NCBI GenBank assembly: GCA_040954595.2
Contig: CM082588.2
Location: 11,979,398 to 12,043,397 of the forward strand
Direction of reading: 5' to 3'
DNA: 64,000 nt
Source: Balanoglossus misakiensis
Lineage: Eukaryota; Animalia; Hemichordata
In this document: one piece after another, positions 14,001 through 27,000 of the stretch
How positions within the stretch are numbered: position 1 is the first letter of the stretch
Layout of the letters: each line of letters starts with the position of its first letter
Made by a program: the position numbers and the translations under genes
Notes under the pieces: model-generated
Seen by the model: the letters and a program-made list of their open reading frames with translations, nothing else
Databases searched by the model: none
Told to the model about the DNA's origin: nothing

Positions 14001-15866
14001 TATTTGTTTTCATTCTGTAACTGTTCCACTTAAATCTTGTAGAGAATTCGTTATTCCAAAACAAAGCCTTCAAACTATACATATTAAGTCTTTTTAGTAA
14101 AACATGGCCCGTTATTTGACCATTCTTTGAATTTCATTTATGATGTAAGAAATTAAATTATTTGCAATATTAAACTATCCCTTACAACATTCCAGCATAA
14201 CTATTTGAATGTTTGTTTTCATTCTATAACTGTTCCACTTAAATCTTGGAGAGAATTCGTTATTCCAAAACAAAGCCTTGAAACTATATATAAGTCTTTT
14301 TAGTAAAACATGGCCCGTGATTTGACCATACTTTGAATTTCATTTATGATGTAAGAAATTAAATTATTTGCAATATTAATCTATCCCTTACAACATTCCG
14401 GCATAATTCTTTGTATATTTGTTTTCATTCTGTGACTGTTCCACTTAAATCTTGTAGAGAATTTGGTATTTCAACACAAATACTTGAACCTATACATAAG
14501 TCTTTTTAGTAAAACATATCCAGTTATGTGACCATTCTTTGAATTCCATTTATGATGTAAGAAATTAAATTTTATGCAATATTAAACTATCCCTTACAAC
14601 ATTCCAGCATAACTATTTGAATATTTGTTTTCATTCTGTAACTGTTCACCTTAAATCTTGTAGAGAATTCGTTATTCCAAAACAAACCCTTGAAACTATA
14701 CATGTTTTTTTAGTAAAACATGGCCCGTTATGTGACCATTCTTTGAATTCCATTTATGATTTAAGAAATTAAATTATTTGCAATATTAATCTATCCCTTA
14801 CAACATTCCGGCATAACGCTTTCCATATTTGTTTTCATTCTGTGACTGTTCCACTTAAATCTTGTAGAGAATTCGTTATTCCAAAACAAAGCCTTGAAAC
14901 TATACATAAGTCTATTTTTTGTAAAACATGGCCCGTTATGTGACCAATCTTTGAATTCATTTTATGATGTAAGAAATTAAATTATTTGCAATATTAATCT
15001 ATCCCTTAGAACATTCCGGCATAACTATTTCTATATTTGTTTTCATTCTGTAACTGTTCCACTTAAATCTTGGAGAGAATTCGTTATTCCAAAACAAAGC
15101 CGTGAAACTATACATAAGTCTTTTTAGTAAAACATGGCCCGTTATGTGACCATTCTTTGAATTCCATTTATGATGTAAGAAATTAAATTATTTGCAATAT
15201 TAATCTATCCCTTACAACATTCCGGCATAACGCTTTCCATATTTGTTTTCATTCTGTGACTGTTGCACTTAAATCTTGTAGAGAATTTTTTTATTCCAAA
15301 ACAAAGCCTTGAAACTATACATACGTCTTTTTAGTAAAACATGGCCCGTTATTTGACCATTCTTTGAATTTCATTGATGATGTAAGAAATTAAATTATTT
15401 GCAATAGTAAAATATCCCTTACAACATTCCGACATAACTCTTTCCATATTTGTTTTCATTCTGTGACTGTTCCACTTAAATCTTGTAGAGAATTCGTTAT
15501 TCCAAAACAAAGCCTTGAAACTATACATAAGTCTTTTTAGTAAAACATAGCCCGTTATTTGACCATTCTTTGAATTTCATTTATGATGTAAGAAATTAAA
15601 TTATTTGCATTATTAATCTATCCCTTACAACATTCCGGCATAACGCTTTCCATATTTGTTTTCATTCTGTGACTGTTCCACTTAAATCTTGTAGAGAATT
15701 CGTTATTCCAAAACAAAGCCTTGAACCTATACATTAGTCTTTTTAGTAAAACATATCCAGTTATGTGACCATTCTTTGAATTCCATTTATGATGTAAGAA
15801 ATTAAATTTTATGCAATATTAATCTATCCCTTACAACATTTCAGCATAACTCTTTCCATATTTGTT
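2026..15866 (+). repeat. Satellite array, segment 1 (186/206/209-bp monomers)
   Basis: GAATTCCATTTATGATGTAAGAAATTAAATT recurs at 186 bp (2101 to 2287) and 206 bp (2287 to 2493) spacings, head to tail. Confidence 0.98.
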
Positions 15867-15918
15867 AGGTCCCATTGGTATAGGCCTATATACCATGGGA
15901 CCTTATGGGATGGGTTGC

Positions 15919-15998
15919 GTCTGTATGTATGTATGGATGGATGTATGTATGGATGTATGGATGTATGGATGTATGGATGTATGTCTGTATGTCCGTCC
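15919..15998 (+). repeat. Compound (TGTA/TGGA/GTCY)n microsatellite of the HINE
   Basis: gtctgtatgtatgtatggatggatgtatg...gtctgtatgtccgtcc. Confidence 0.95.
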
Positions 15999-16399
15999 AC
16001 ATCAAAAACTTGAAAACCGCTGCGCGTATCACCTCAATATTTGGTGTGTAGGTGCAGGCAGGGCTGTAGATGAGAGTTTGTCCAAATGAAGTTGCCAGGC
16101 CCAAAAATATGCAAATTAGCTTGTAAAATGTGAAATTGATCAAAACTCTGTAAGTCAACAATTACTGGTCAGATTGCTTTAAAAATTGGCATGCATGTAC
16201 CTTATGTCAACCTCACATCGACCTGTAAGTGTTAAGTTAATATCATGGATGTTTTATTTTTTATGAATTTTTTAGCCTTTTTATTAAATTTATACCTTTA
16301 CATTATACCTCTATGGTTAAGCTATGTCCACGTCTTATTGTGGAATTCTGGTCTGTGCAATAGTCCTGTACAGTGACTGTCTATTGGTCAGTGAGCACA

Positions 16400-17955
16400 A
16401 TGGGGCAAAAATAAAATGTCAAATTTTTGGGCTCACCTGTAACACCTGCTTATTACATTACTTATGTGCATACCTAATTCCGGGCTAAGTAATAGGGCTA
16501 GAGGTTTCGTTCTTGTGGGACATGGACCAGTATAGGGTCAAAATTTCTTGCCCAAATTTTGGGTGACCTCAGGTGACCTTTGACCTACTTTTCCATATCT
16601 TGGCATCCAGAGCAGGTACAGACTTGGCGTTTGGAGAGTTGGCACTAAAATTGAAAAGCCAAAATTGGGGGTCACCTGTGACACCTGCATATCTCATTAA
16701 TTATGTGCATACCTAATTCCAGGCTAACCAATAGGGCTATAGGTTTGGTTTTTGTTGAACATGGACCAGTATAGGGTCAAAAATTCTTGCCCAAATTTTG
16801 CATGACCTTAGGTGACCTTTGACCTACTTTACCATATCTTGGCATCCAGAGCAGGTACAGACTTGGCGTTTGGAGGGTTGGCACTAAAATTGAAAAGCCA
16901 AAATTGGGGGTCACCTGTGACACCTGCATATCTCATTAATTATGTGCATACCTAATTCCAGGCTAACCAATAAGGCTATAGGTTTGGATTTTGTTGAACA
17001 TGGACCAGTATAGGGTCAAAATTTCTTGCCCAAATTTTGCATGACCTCAGGTGACCTTTGACCTACTTTTCCATATCTTGGCATCCAGAGCAGGTACATC
17101 GTCGTAAAACCACGACCTGTTTACGGCAACTGCTACGCGCTACCGCCAACAGGCCGTGGTGGATTTGGAAGGTTTTCGCGGATCCCAGCGTCAGTTCCAG
17201 CAGCCAGACAAAGGAACCAATCAGAGAGCCCGTCTCATAAAACTGCATAACTTATTTAAATGACAGTGCAAAATGGCGGATTTAAAGCTGACAGCAGCCG
17301 AAGAGCTCGCGATAAAACGACTACTGATTGGCTAATTCCAATGTCGTTTCTCATGAATAATTCATTAGTCTACGTCCTAAATTCCGGGGTTCCCTACTGT
17401 AATCTGCCAGAGCCCGTTTTTTGCGTAGCTCCGCGGAGCGGAAACACGGTCGGCTCTGGCTTGCGAGAATGGAGCAGGTACAGACTTCGCGTTTGGAGGG
17501 TTGGGACTAAAATTGAAAAGCCAAAATTGGGGGTCACCTGTGACACCTGCATATCTCATTAATTATGTGCATACCTAATTCCAGGCTAACCAATAGGGCT
17601 ATAGGTTTGGTTTTTGTTGAACATGGACCAGTATAGGGTCAAAATTTCTTGCCCAAATTTTGCATGACCTCAGGTGACCTTTGACCTACTTTTCCATATC
17701 TTGGCATCCAGAGCAGGTACAGACTTCGCATTTGGAGGGTTGGGACTAAAATTGAAAAGCCAAAATTGGGGGTCACCTGTGACACCTGCATATCTCATTA
17801 ATTATGTGCATACCTAATTCCAGGCTAACCAATAGGGCTATAGGTTTGGTTTTTGTTGAACATGGACCAGTATAGGGTCAACATTTCTTGCCCAAATTTT
17901 GCATGACCTCAGGTGACCTTTGACCTACTTTTCCATATCTTGGCATCCAGAGCAG
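16400..17955 (+). repeat. Internal 239-bp tandem repeat, about 5 units (first diverged, last partial)
   Basis: GAGCAGGTACA ends at 16620, 16859 and 17098, then at 17482 and 17721 after the nested insertion; period 239. Start is approximate. Confidence 0.93.
17097..17471. mobile_element. Nested 375-bp non-autonomous DNA transposon (MITE-like), superfamily uncertain
   Basis: GAGCAGGTA is duplicated at 17088-17096 and 17472-17480 (9-bp TSD). Imperfect TIRs: CATCGTCGTAAAACCA versus CATTCTCGCAAGCCA (reverse complement of the right end). GC/CpG-richer than its flanks. Confidence 0.85.
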
Positions 17956-18025
17956 ATATGCTTATTGCTATGTTGCTATGTGCTATGTCCTCAAATGGGA
18001 CCACAGTGTCCTTGACGCTATTTTT

Positions 18026-21000
18026 TTCATTCTGTGACTGTGCCACTTAAATCTTGTAGAGAAATCGTTATTCCAAAACAAAGCCTTGAAACTATACATA
18101 TCCTGTTACGTGACGTTTCTTTGAATTCCATTTATGATGTAAGAAGTTAAATTATTTGCAATATTAATCTATTCCCTACAACATTCAGGCATAACTCTTT
18201 CCATATTTGTTTTCATTCTGTAACTGTTACACTTAAATCTTGTAGAGAATTCGTTATTCCAAAACAAAGCCATCAAACTATACATATTAAGTCTTTTTAG
18301 TAAAACATGGCCCGATATTTGACCATTCTTTGAATTTCATTTATGATGTAAGAAATTAAATTATTTGCAATATATAACTATCCCTTACAACATTCCAACA
18401 TAACTCTTTCCATATTTGTTTTCATTGTGTAACTGTTCCACTTAAATCTTGTAGAGAATTCGTTATTCCAAAACAAAGCCTTGAAACTATACATAAGTCT
18501 TTTTGTAAAACATGGCCCGTTATGTGACCATTTTTGAATTCCATTTATGATGGAAGAAATTAAATTATTTGCAATATTAATCTATCCCTTACAACATTCC
18601 AGCATATCTCTTTCCATATTTGTTTTCATTCTGTGACTGTTCCACTTAAATCTTGTAGAGAATTCGTTATTCCAAAACAAAGCCTTGAAACTATAACATA
18701 AGTCTTTTTAGTAAAACATATCCAGTTATGTGACCATTCTTTGAATTCCATTTATGATGTAAGAAATTAAATTTTATGCAATATTAATCTATCCCTTACA
18801 ACATTTCAGCATAACTCTTTCCATATTTGTTTTTATTCTGTGACTGTGCCACTTAAATCTTGTAGAGAATTCGTTATTCCAAAACAAAGCCTTGAAACTA
18901 TACATATCTTGTTACGTGACGTTTCTTTGAATTCCATTTATGATGTAAGAAATTAAATTATTTGCAATATTAATCTATTCCTTACAACATTCCGGCATAA
19001 CTCTTTCCATATTTGTTTTCATTCTGTAACTGTTACACTTAAATCTTGTAGAGAATTCGTTATTCCAAAACAAAGCCTTCAAACTATACATATTAAGTCT
19101 TTTTAGTAAAACATGGCCCGTTATTTGACCATTCTTTGAATTTCATTTATGATGTAAGAAATTAAATTATTTGCAATATATAACTATCCCTTACAACATT
19201 CCAACATAACTCTTTCCATATTTGTTTTCATTCTGTAACTGTTCCACTTAAATCGTGTAGAGAATTCGTTATTCCAAAACAAAGCCTTGAAACTATAACA
19301 TAAGTCTTTTTAGTAAAACATATCCAGTTATGTGACCATTCTTTGAATTCATTTTATGATGTAAGAATTTAAATTATTTGCAATATTAATCTATCCCTTA
19401 CAACATTCCAGCATAACTCTTTCCATATTTGTTTTCATTCTGTGACTGTTCCACTTAAATCTTTTAGAGAATTCGCTATTCCAATACAAAGCCTTGAAAC
19501 TATACATAAGTCTTTTTGTAAAACATGGCCCGTTATGTGACCATTCTTTGAATTCCATTTATGATGGAAGAAATTAAATTATTTGCAATATTAATCTATC
19601 CCTTACAACATTCCAGCATATCTCTTTCCATATTTGTTTTCATTCTGTGACTGTTCCACTTAAATCTTGTAGACAATTCGTTATTCCAAAACAAAGGCTT
19701 GAAACTATAACATAAGTCTTGTTAGTAAAACATATCCAGTTATGTGACCATTCTTTGAATTCCATTTATGATGTAAGAAATTAAATTTTATGCAATATTA
19801 ATCTATCCCTTACAACATTTCAGCATAACTCTTTCCATATTTGTTTTCATTCTGTGACTGTGCCACTTAAATCTTGTAGAGAATTCGTTATTCCAAAACA
19901 AAGCCTTGAAACTATACATATCCTGTTACGTGACGTTTCTTTGAATTCCATTTATGATGTAAGAAATTAAATTATTTGCAATATTAATCTATTCCTTACA
20001 ACATTCCGGCATAACTCTTTCCATATTTGTTTTCATTCTGTAACTGTTACACTTAAATCTTGTAGAGAATTCGTTATTCCAAAACAAAGCCTTCAAACTA
20101 TACATATTAAGTCTTTTTAGTAAAACATGGCCCGTTATTTGACCATTCTTTGAATTTCATTTATGATGTAAGAAATTAAATTATTTGCAATATATAACTA
20201 TCCCTTACAACATTCCAACATAACTCTTTCCATATTTGTTTTCATTCTGTAACTGTTCCACTTAAATCGTGTAGAGAATTCGTTATTCCAAAACGAAGCC
20301 TTGAAACTATAACATAAGTCTTTTTAGTAAAACATATCCAGTTATGTGACCATTCTTTGAATTCATTTTATGATGTAAGAATTTAAATTATTTGCAATAT
20401 TAATCTATCCCTTACAACATTCCAGCATAACTCTTTCCATATTTGTTTTCATTCTGTGACTGTTCCACTTAAATCTTGTAGAGAATTCGTTATTCCAAAA
20501 CAAAGCCTTCAAACTATACATATTAAGTCTTTTTAGTAAAACATGGCCCGTTATTTGACCATTCTTTGAATTTCATTTATGATGTAAGAAATTAAATTAT
20601 TTGGAATATTAAACTATCCTTTACAACATTCCAACATAACTATTTGAATATTTGTTTTCATTCTGTAACTGTTCCACTTAAATCTTGTAGAGAATTCGTT
20701 ATTCCAAAACAAAGCCTTGAAACTATAACATAAGTCTTTTTAGTAAAACATATCCTGTTATGTGACCATTCTTTGAATTCATTTTATGATGTAAGAAATT
20801 AAATTATTTGCAATATTAATCTATCCCTTACAACATTCCAGCATATCTCTTTCCATATTTGTTTTCATTCTGTGACTGTTCCTCTTAAATCTTGTAGAGA
20901 ATTCGTTATTCCAAAACAAAGCCTTGAAACTATACATAAGTCTTTTTGTAAAACATGGCCCGTTATGTGACCATTCTTTGAATTCCATTTTGATGTAAGA

Positions 21001-24000
21001 AATTAAATTATTTGCAATATTAATCTATCCCTTACAACATTCCGGCATAACGCTTTCCATATTTGTTTTCATTCTGTGACTGTTCAACTTAAATCTTGTA
21101 GAGAATTCGTTATTCCAAAACAAAGCCTTCAAACTATACATATTAAGTCTTTTTAGTAAAACATGGCCCGTTATTTGACCATTCTTTGAATTTCATTTAT
21201 GATGTAAGAAATTAAATTATTTGCAATATATAACTATCCCTTACAACATTCCAACATAACTCTTTCCATATTAGTTTTCAATCTGTAACTGTTCCACTTA
21301 AATCTTGTAGAGAATTCGTTATTCCAAAACAAAGCCTTGAAACTATAACATAAGTCTTTTTAGTAAAACATATCCAGTTATGTGACCATTCTTTGAATTC
21401 ATTTTATGATGTAAGAATTTAAATTATTTGCAATATTAATCTATCCCTTACAACATTCCAGCATAACTCTTTCCATATTTGTTTTCATTCTGTGACTGTT
21501 CCACTTAAATCTTGTAGAGAATTCGTTATTCCAAAACAAAGCCTTGAAACTATACATATCCTGTTACGTGACGATTCTTTGAATTCCATTTATGATGGAA
21601 GAAATTAAATTATTTGCAATATTAATCTATTCCTTACAACATTCTGGCATAACTCTTTCCATATTTGTTTTCATTCTGTGACTGTTCCACTTAAATCTTG
21701 TAGAGAATTTGTTATTCCAAAACAAAGCCTTGAAACTATAACATAAGTCTTTTTAGTAAAACATATCCTGTTATGTGACCATTCTGTGAATTCCATTTAT
21801 GATGTAAGAAATTAAATTATTTGCAATATTAATCTATCCCTTACAACATTCCGGCATAACTCTTTCTATATTTGTTTTCATTCTGTGACTGTTCCACTTC
21901 AATCTTGTAGAGAATTCGTTATTCCAAAACAAAGCCTTGAAAACAAAGCCTTCAAACTATACATATTAAGTCTTTTTAGTAAAACATGGCCTGTTATTTG
22001 ACCATTCTTTGAATTTCATTTATGATGTAAGAAATTAAATTATTTGCAATATTAAACTATCCCTTACAACATTCCAACATAACTATTTGAATATTTGTTT
22101 TCATTCTGTAACTGTTCCACTTAAATCTTGTAGAGAATTCGTTATTCCAAAACAAAGCCTTGAAACTATAACATAAGTCTTTTTAGTAAAACATATCCTG
22201 TTATGTGACCATTCTTTGAATTCATTTTATGATGTAAGAAATTAAATTATTTGCAATATTAATCTATCCCTTACAACATTCCAGCATATCTCTTTCCATA
22301 TTTGTTTTCATTCTGTGACTGTTCCACTTAAATCTTGTAGAGAATTCGTTATTCCAAAACAAAGCCTTGAAACTATAAGTCTTTTTGTAAAACATGGCCC
22401 GTTATGTGACCATTCTTTGAATTCCATTTATGATGTAAGAAATTAAATTATTTGCAATATTAATCTATCCCTTACAACATTCCGGCATAACGCTTTCCAT
22501 ATTTGTTTTCATTCTGTGACTGTTCAACTTAAATCTTGTAGAGAATTCATTATTCCAAAACAAAGCCTTCAAACTATACATATTAAGTCTTTTTAGTAAA
22601 ACATTGCCCGTTATTTGACCATTCTTTGAATTTCATTTATGATGTAAGAAATTAAATTATTTGCAATATATAACTATCCCTTACAACATTCCAACATAAC
22701 TCTTTCCATATTAGTTTTCAATCTGTAACTGTTTCACTTAAATCTTGTAGAGAATTCGTTATTCCAAAACAAAGCCTTGAAACTATACATATTAAGTCTT
22801 TTTAGTAAAACATATCCTGTTATGTGACCATTCTTTGAATTCATTTTATGATGTAAGAAATTAAATTATTTGCAATATTAATCTGTCCCTTACAACATTC
22901 CAGCAAAACTCTTTCCATATTTGTTTTCATTCTGTGACTGTTCCACTTAAATCCTGTAGAGAATTCGTTAATCCAAAACAAAGCCTTGAAACTATACAAA
23001 AGTCTTTTTGTAAAACATGGCCCGTTATGTGACCATTCTTTGAATTCCATTTATGATGTAAGAAATTAAATTATTTGCAATATTAATCTATCCCTTACAA
23101 CAGTCTGGCATAACGCTTTCCATATTTGTTTTCATTCTGTGACTGTTCCACTTAAATCTTGTAGAGAATTCGTTATTCCAAAACAAAGCCTTCAAAACAA
23201 AGCCTTCAAACTATACATATTAAGTCTATTTAGTAGAACATGGCCTGTTATTTGACCATTCTTTGAATTTCATTTATGATGTAAGAAATTAAATTATTTG
23301 CAATATTAAACTATCCCTTACAACATTCCAACATAACTATTTGAATATTTGTTTTCATTCTGTAACTGTTCAACTTAAATCTTTGAGATAATTCGTTATT
23401 CCAAAGCAAAGCCTTGAAACTATAACATAAGTCTTTTTAGTAAAGCATATCCTGTTATGTGACCATTCTTTGAATTCCATTTATGATGTAAGAAATTAAA
23501 TTATTTGCAATATTAATCTATCCCTGACAACATTCCGGCATAACGCTTTCCATATTTGTTTTCATTCTGTGACTGTTCCACTTAAATCTTGTAGAGAATT
23601 CGTTATTCCAAAACAAAGCCTTCAAACTATACATATTAAGTCTTTTTAGTAAAACATGGCCCGTTATTTGACCATTCTTTGAATTTCATTTATGATGTAA
23701 GAAATTAAATTATTTGGAATATTAAACTATCCTTTACAACATTCCAACATAACTATTTGAATATTTGTTTTCATTCTGTGACTGTTCCACTTAAATCCTG
23801 TAGAGAATTCGTTATTCCAAAACAAAGCCTTGTAACTATACAAAAGTCTTTTTGTAAAACATGGCCCGTTATGTGACCATTCTTTGAATTCCATTTATGA
23901 TGTAAGAAATTAAATTATTTGCAATATTAATCTATCCCTTACAACAGTCTGGCATAACGCTTTCCATATTTGTTTTCATTCTGTGACTGTTCCACTTAAA

Positions 24001-27000
24001 TCTTGTAGAGAATTCGTTATTCCAAAACAAAGCCTTCAAAACAAAGCCTTCAAACTATACATATTAAGTCCTTTTAGTAAAACATGGCCTGTTATTTGAC
24101 CATTCTTTGAATTTCATTTATGATGTAAGAAATTAAATTATTTGCAATATTAAACTATCCCTTACAACATTCCAACATAACTATTTGAATATTTGTTTTT
24201 ATTCTGTAACTGTTCCACTTAAATCTTGTAGAGAATTCGTTATTCCAAAACAAAGCCTTGAAACTATACATAAGTCTTTTTAGTAAAACATATCCTGTTA
24301 TGTGACCATTCTTTGAATTCATTTTATGATGTAAGGAATTAAATTATTTGCAATATTAATCTGTCCCTTACAACATTCCAGCATAACTCTTTCCATATTT
24401 GTTTTCATTCTGTGACTGTTCCACTTAAATCCTGTAGAGAATTCGTTATTCCAAAACAAAGCCTTGAAACTATACAAAAGTCTTTTTGTAAAACATGGCC
24501 CGTTATGTGACCATTCTTTGAATTCCATTTATGATGTAAAAAATTAAATTATTTGCAATATTAATCTATCCCTTACAACAGTCTGGCATAACGCTTTCCA
24601 TATATATTTTCATTCTGTGACTGTTCCACTTAAATCTTGTAGAGAATTCGTTATTCCAAAACAAAGCCTTCAAAACAAAGCCTTCAAACTATACATATTA
24701 AGTCCTTTTAGTAAAACATGGCCTGTTATTTGACCATTCTTTGAATTTCATTTATGATGTAAGAAATTAAATTATTTGCAATATTAAACTATCCCTTACA
24801 ACATTCCAACATAACTATTTGAATATTTGTTTTCATTCTGTAACTGTTCAACTTAAATCTTGGAGATAATTCGTTATTCCAAAGCAAAGCCTTGAAACTA
24901 TACATAAGTCTTTTTAGTAAAACATGGCCCGTTATGTGACCATTCTTTGAATTCCATTTAGGATGTAAGAAATTAAATTATTTGCAATATTAATCCATCC
25001 CTTACAACATTCTGGCATAACTCTTTCTATATTTGTTTTCATTCTGTGACTGTTCCACTTAAATCCTGTAGAGAATTCGTTATTCCTAAACAAAGCCTTG
25101 AAACTATACATATCCTGTTACGTGACGATTCTTTGAATTCCATTTATGATGTAAGAAATTAAATTATTTGCAATATTAATCTATTCCTTACAACATTCTG
25201 GCATAACTCTTTCCATATTTGTTTTCATTCTGTGACTGTTCCACTTAAATCTTGTAGAGAATTCGTTATTCCAAAACAAAGCCTTGAAACTATAACATAA
25301 GTCTTTTTAGTAAAACATATCCTGTTATGTGACCATTCTTTGAATTCCATTTATGATGTAAGAAATTAAATTATTTGCAATATTAATCTATCCCTGACAA
25401 CATTCCGGCATAACGCTTTCCATATTTGTTTTCATTCTGTGACTGTTCCACTTAAATCTTGTAGAGAATTCGTTATTCCAAAACAAAGCCTTCAAACTAT
25501 ACATATTAAGTCTTTTTAGTAAAACATGGCCCGTTATTTGACCATTCTTTGAATTTCATTTATGATGTAAGAAATTAAATTATTTGGAATATTAAACTAT
25601 CCTTTACAACATTCCAACATAACTATTTGAATATTTGTTTTCATTCTGTGACTGTTCCACTTAAATCTTGTAGAGAATTCGTTATTCCAAAACAAAGCCT
25701 TCAAACTATACATATTAAGTCTTTTTAGTAAAACATGGCCCGTTATTTGACCATTCTTTGAATTTCATTTATGATGTAAGACATTAAATTATTTGCAATA
25801 TTAAACTATCCCTTAAAACATTCCAACATAACTATTTGAATATTTGTTTTCATTCTGTAACTGTTCAACTTAAATCTTGGAGAGAATTAGTTATTCCAAA
25901 ACAAAGCCTTGAAACTATACATAAGTCTTTTTTGTAAAACATGGCCCGTTATGTGACCATTCTTTGAATTCCATTTATGATGTAAGAAATTAAATTATTT
26001 GCAATATTAATCTATCCCTTACAACATTCCGACATAACTCTTTCCATATTTGTTTTCATTCTGTGACGGTTCCACTTAAATCTTGTAGAGAATTCGTTAT
26101 TCCAAAACAAAGCCTTGAAACTATACATATCCTGTTACATGACGGTTCTTTGAATTCCATTTATGATGTAAGAAATTAAATTATTTGCAATATTAATCTA
26201 TTCCTTACAACATTCCGGCATAACTCTTTCCATATTTGTTTTCATTCTGTGACTGTTCCACTTAAATCTTGTAGAGAATTCGTTATTCCAAAACAAAGCC
26301 TTGAATCTATAACATAAGTCTTTTTAGTAAAAAATATCCTGTTATGTGACCATTCTTTGAATTCATTTTATGATGTAAGAAATTAAATTATTTGCAATAT
26401 TAATCTATCCCTTATAACATTCCAGCATAACTCTTTCCATATTTGTTTTCATTCTGTGACTGTTCCACTTAAATCTTGTAGAGAATTCGTTATTCCAAAA
26501 CAAAGCCTTGTAACTATACATAAGTCTTTTTAGTAAAACATATCCTGTTATGTGACCATTCTTTGAATTCATTTTATGATGTAAGAAATTAAATTATTTG
26601 CAATATTAATCTATCCCTTACAACATTCCAGCATAACTCTTTCCATATTTGTTTTCATTCTGTCACTGTTCCACTTAAATCCTGTAGAGAATTTGTTATT
26701 CCAAAACAAAGCCTTGAAACGATACATATCCTGTTACGTGACGTTTCTTTGAATTCATTTTATGATGTAAGAAATTAAATTATTTGCAATATTAATCTAT
26801 TCCTTACAACATTCCGGCATAACTCTTTCCATATTTGTTTTCATTCTGTGACTGTTCCACTTAAATCTTGTAGAGAATTCGTTATTCCAAAACAAAGCCT
26901 TGAATCTATAACATAAGTCTTTTTAGTAAAAAATATCCTGTTATGTAACCATTCTTTGAATTCATTTTATGATGTAAGAAATTAAATTATTTGCAATATT

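Larger units (their letters stand above)
15867..18025 (+). mobile_element. Helentron-associated non-autonomous element (HINE / DINE-1-like)
   Basis: Inserted in a TT|TT of the satellite with no TSD. 5' AGGTCCCAT with its inverted copy at 15895-15903, tetranucleotide microsatellite, internal 239-bp tandem array, 3' subterminal ATGGGACC (17995-18002), short hairpin AGTGTC-CTT-GACGCT, then a T run. The 3' end is ambiguous within the T run. Confidence 0.85.

Noticed and set aside
15862-16161. ORFs rich in MYVWMD / IHTSIHP
   Set aside because: Translation of the tetranucleotide microsatellite.
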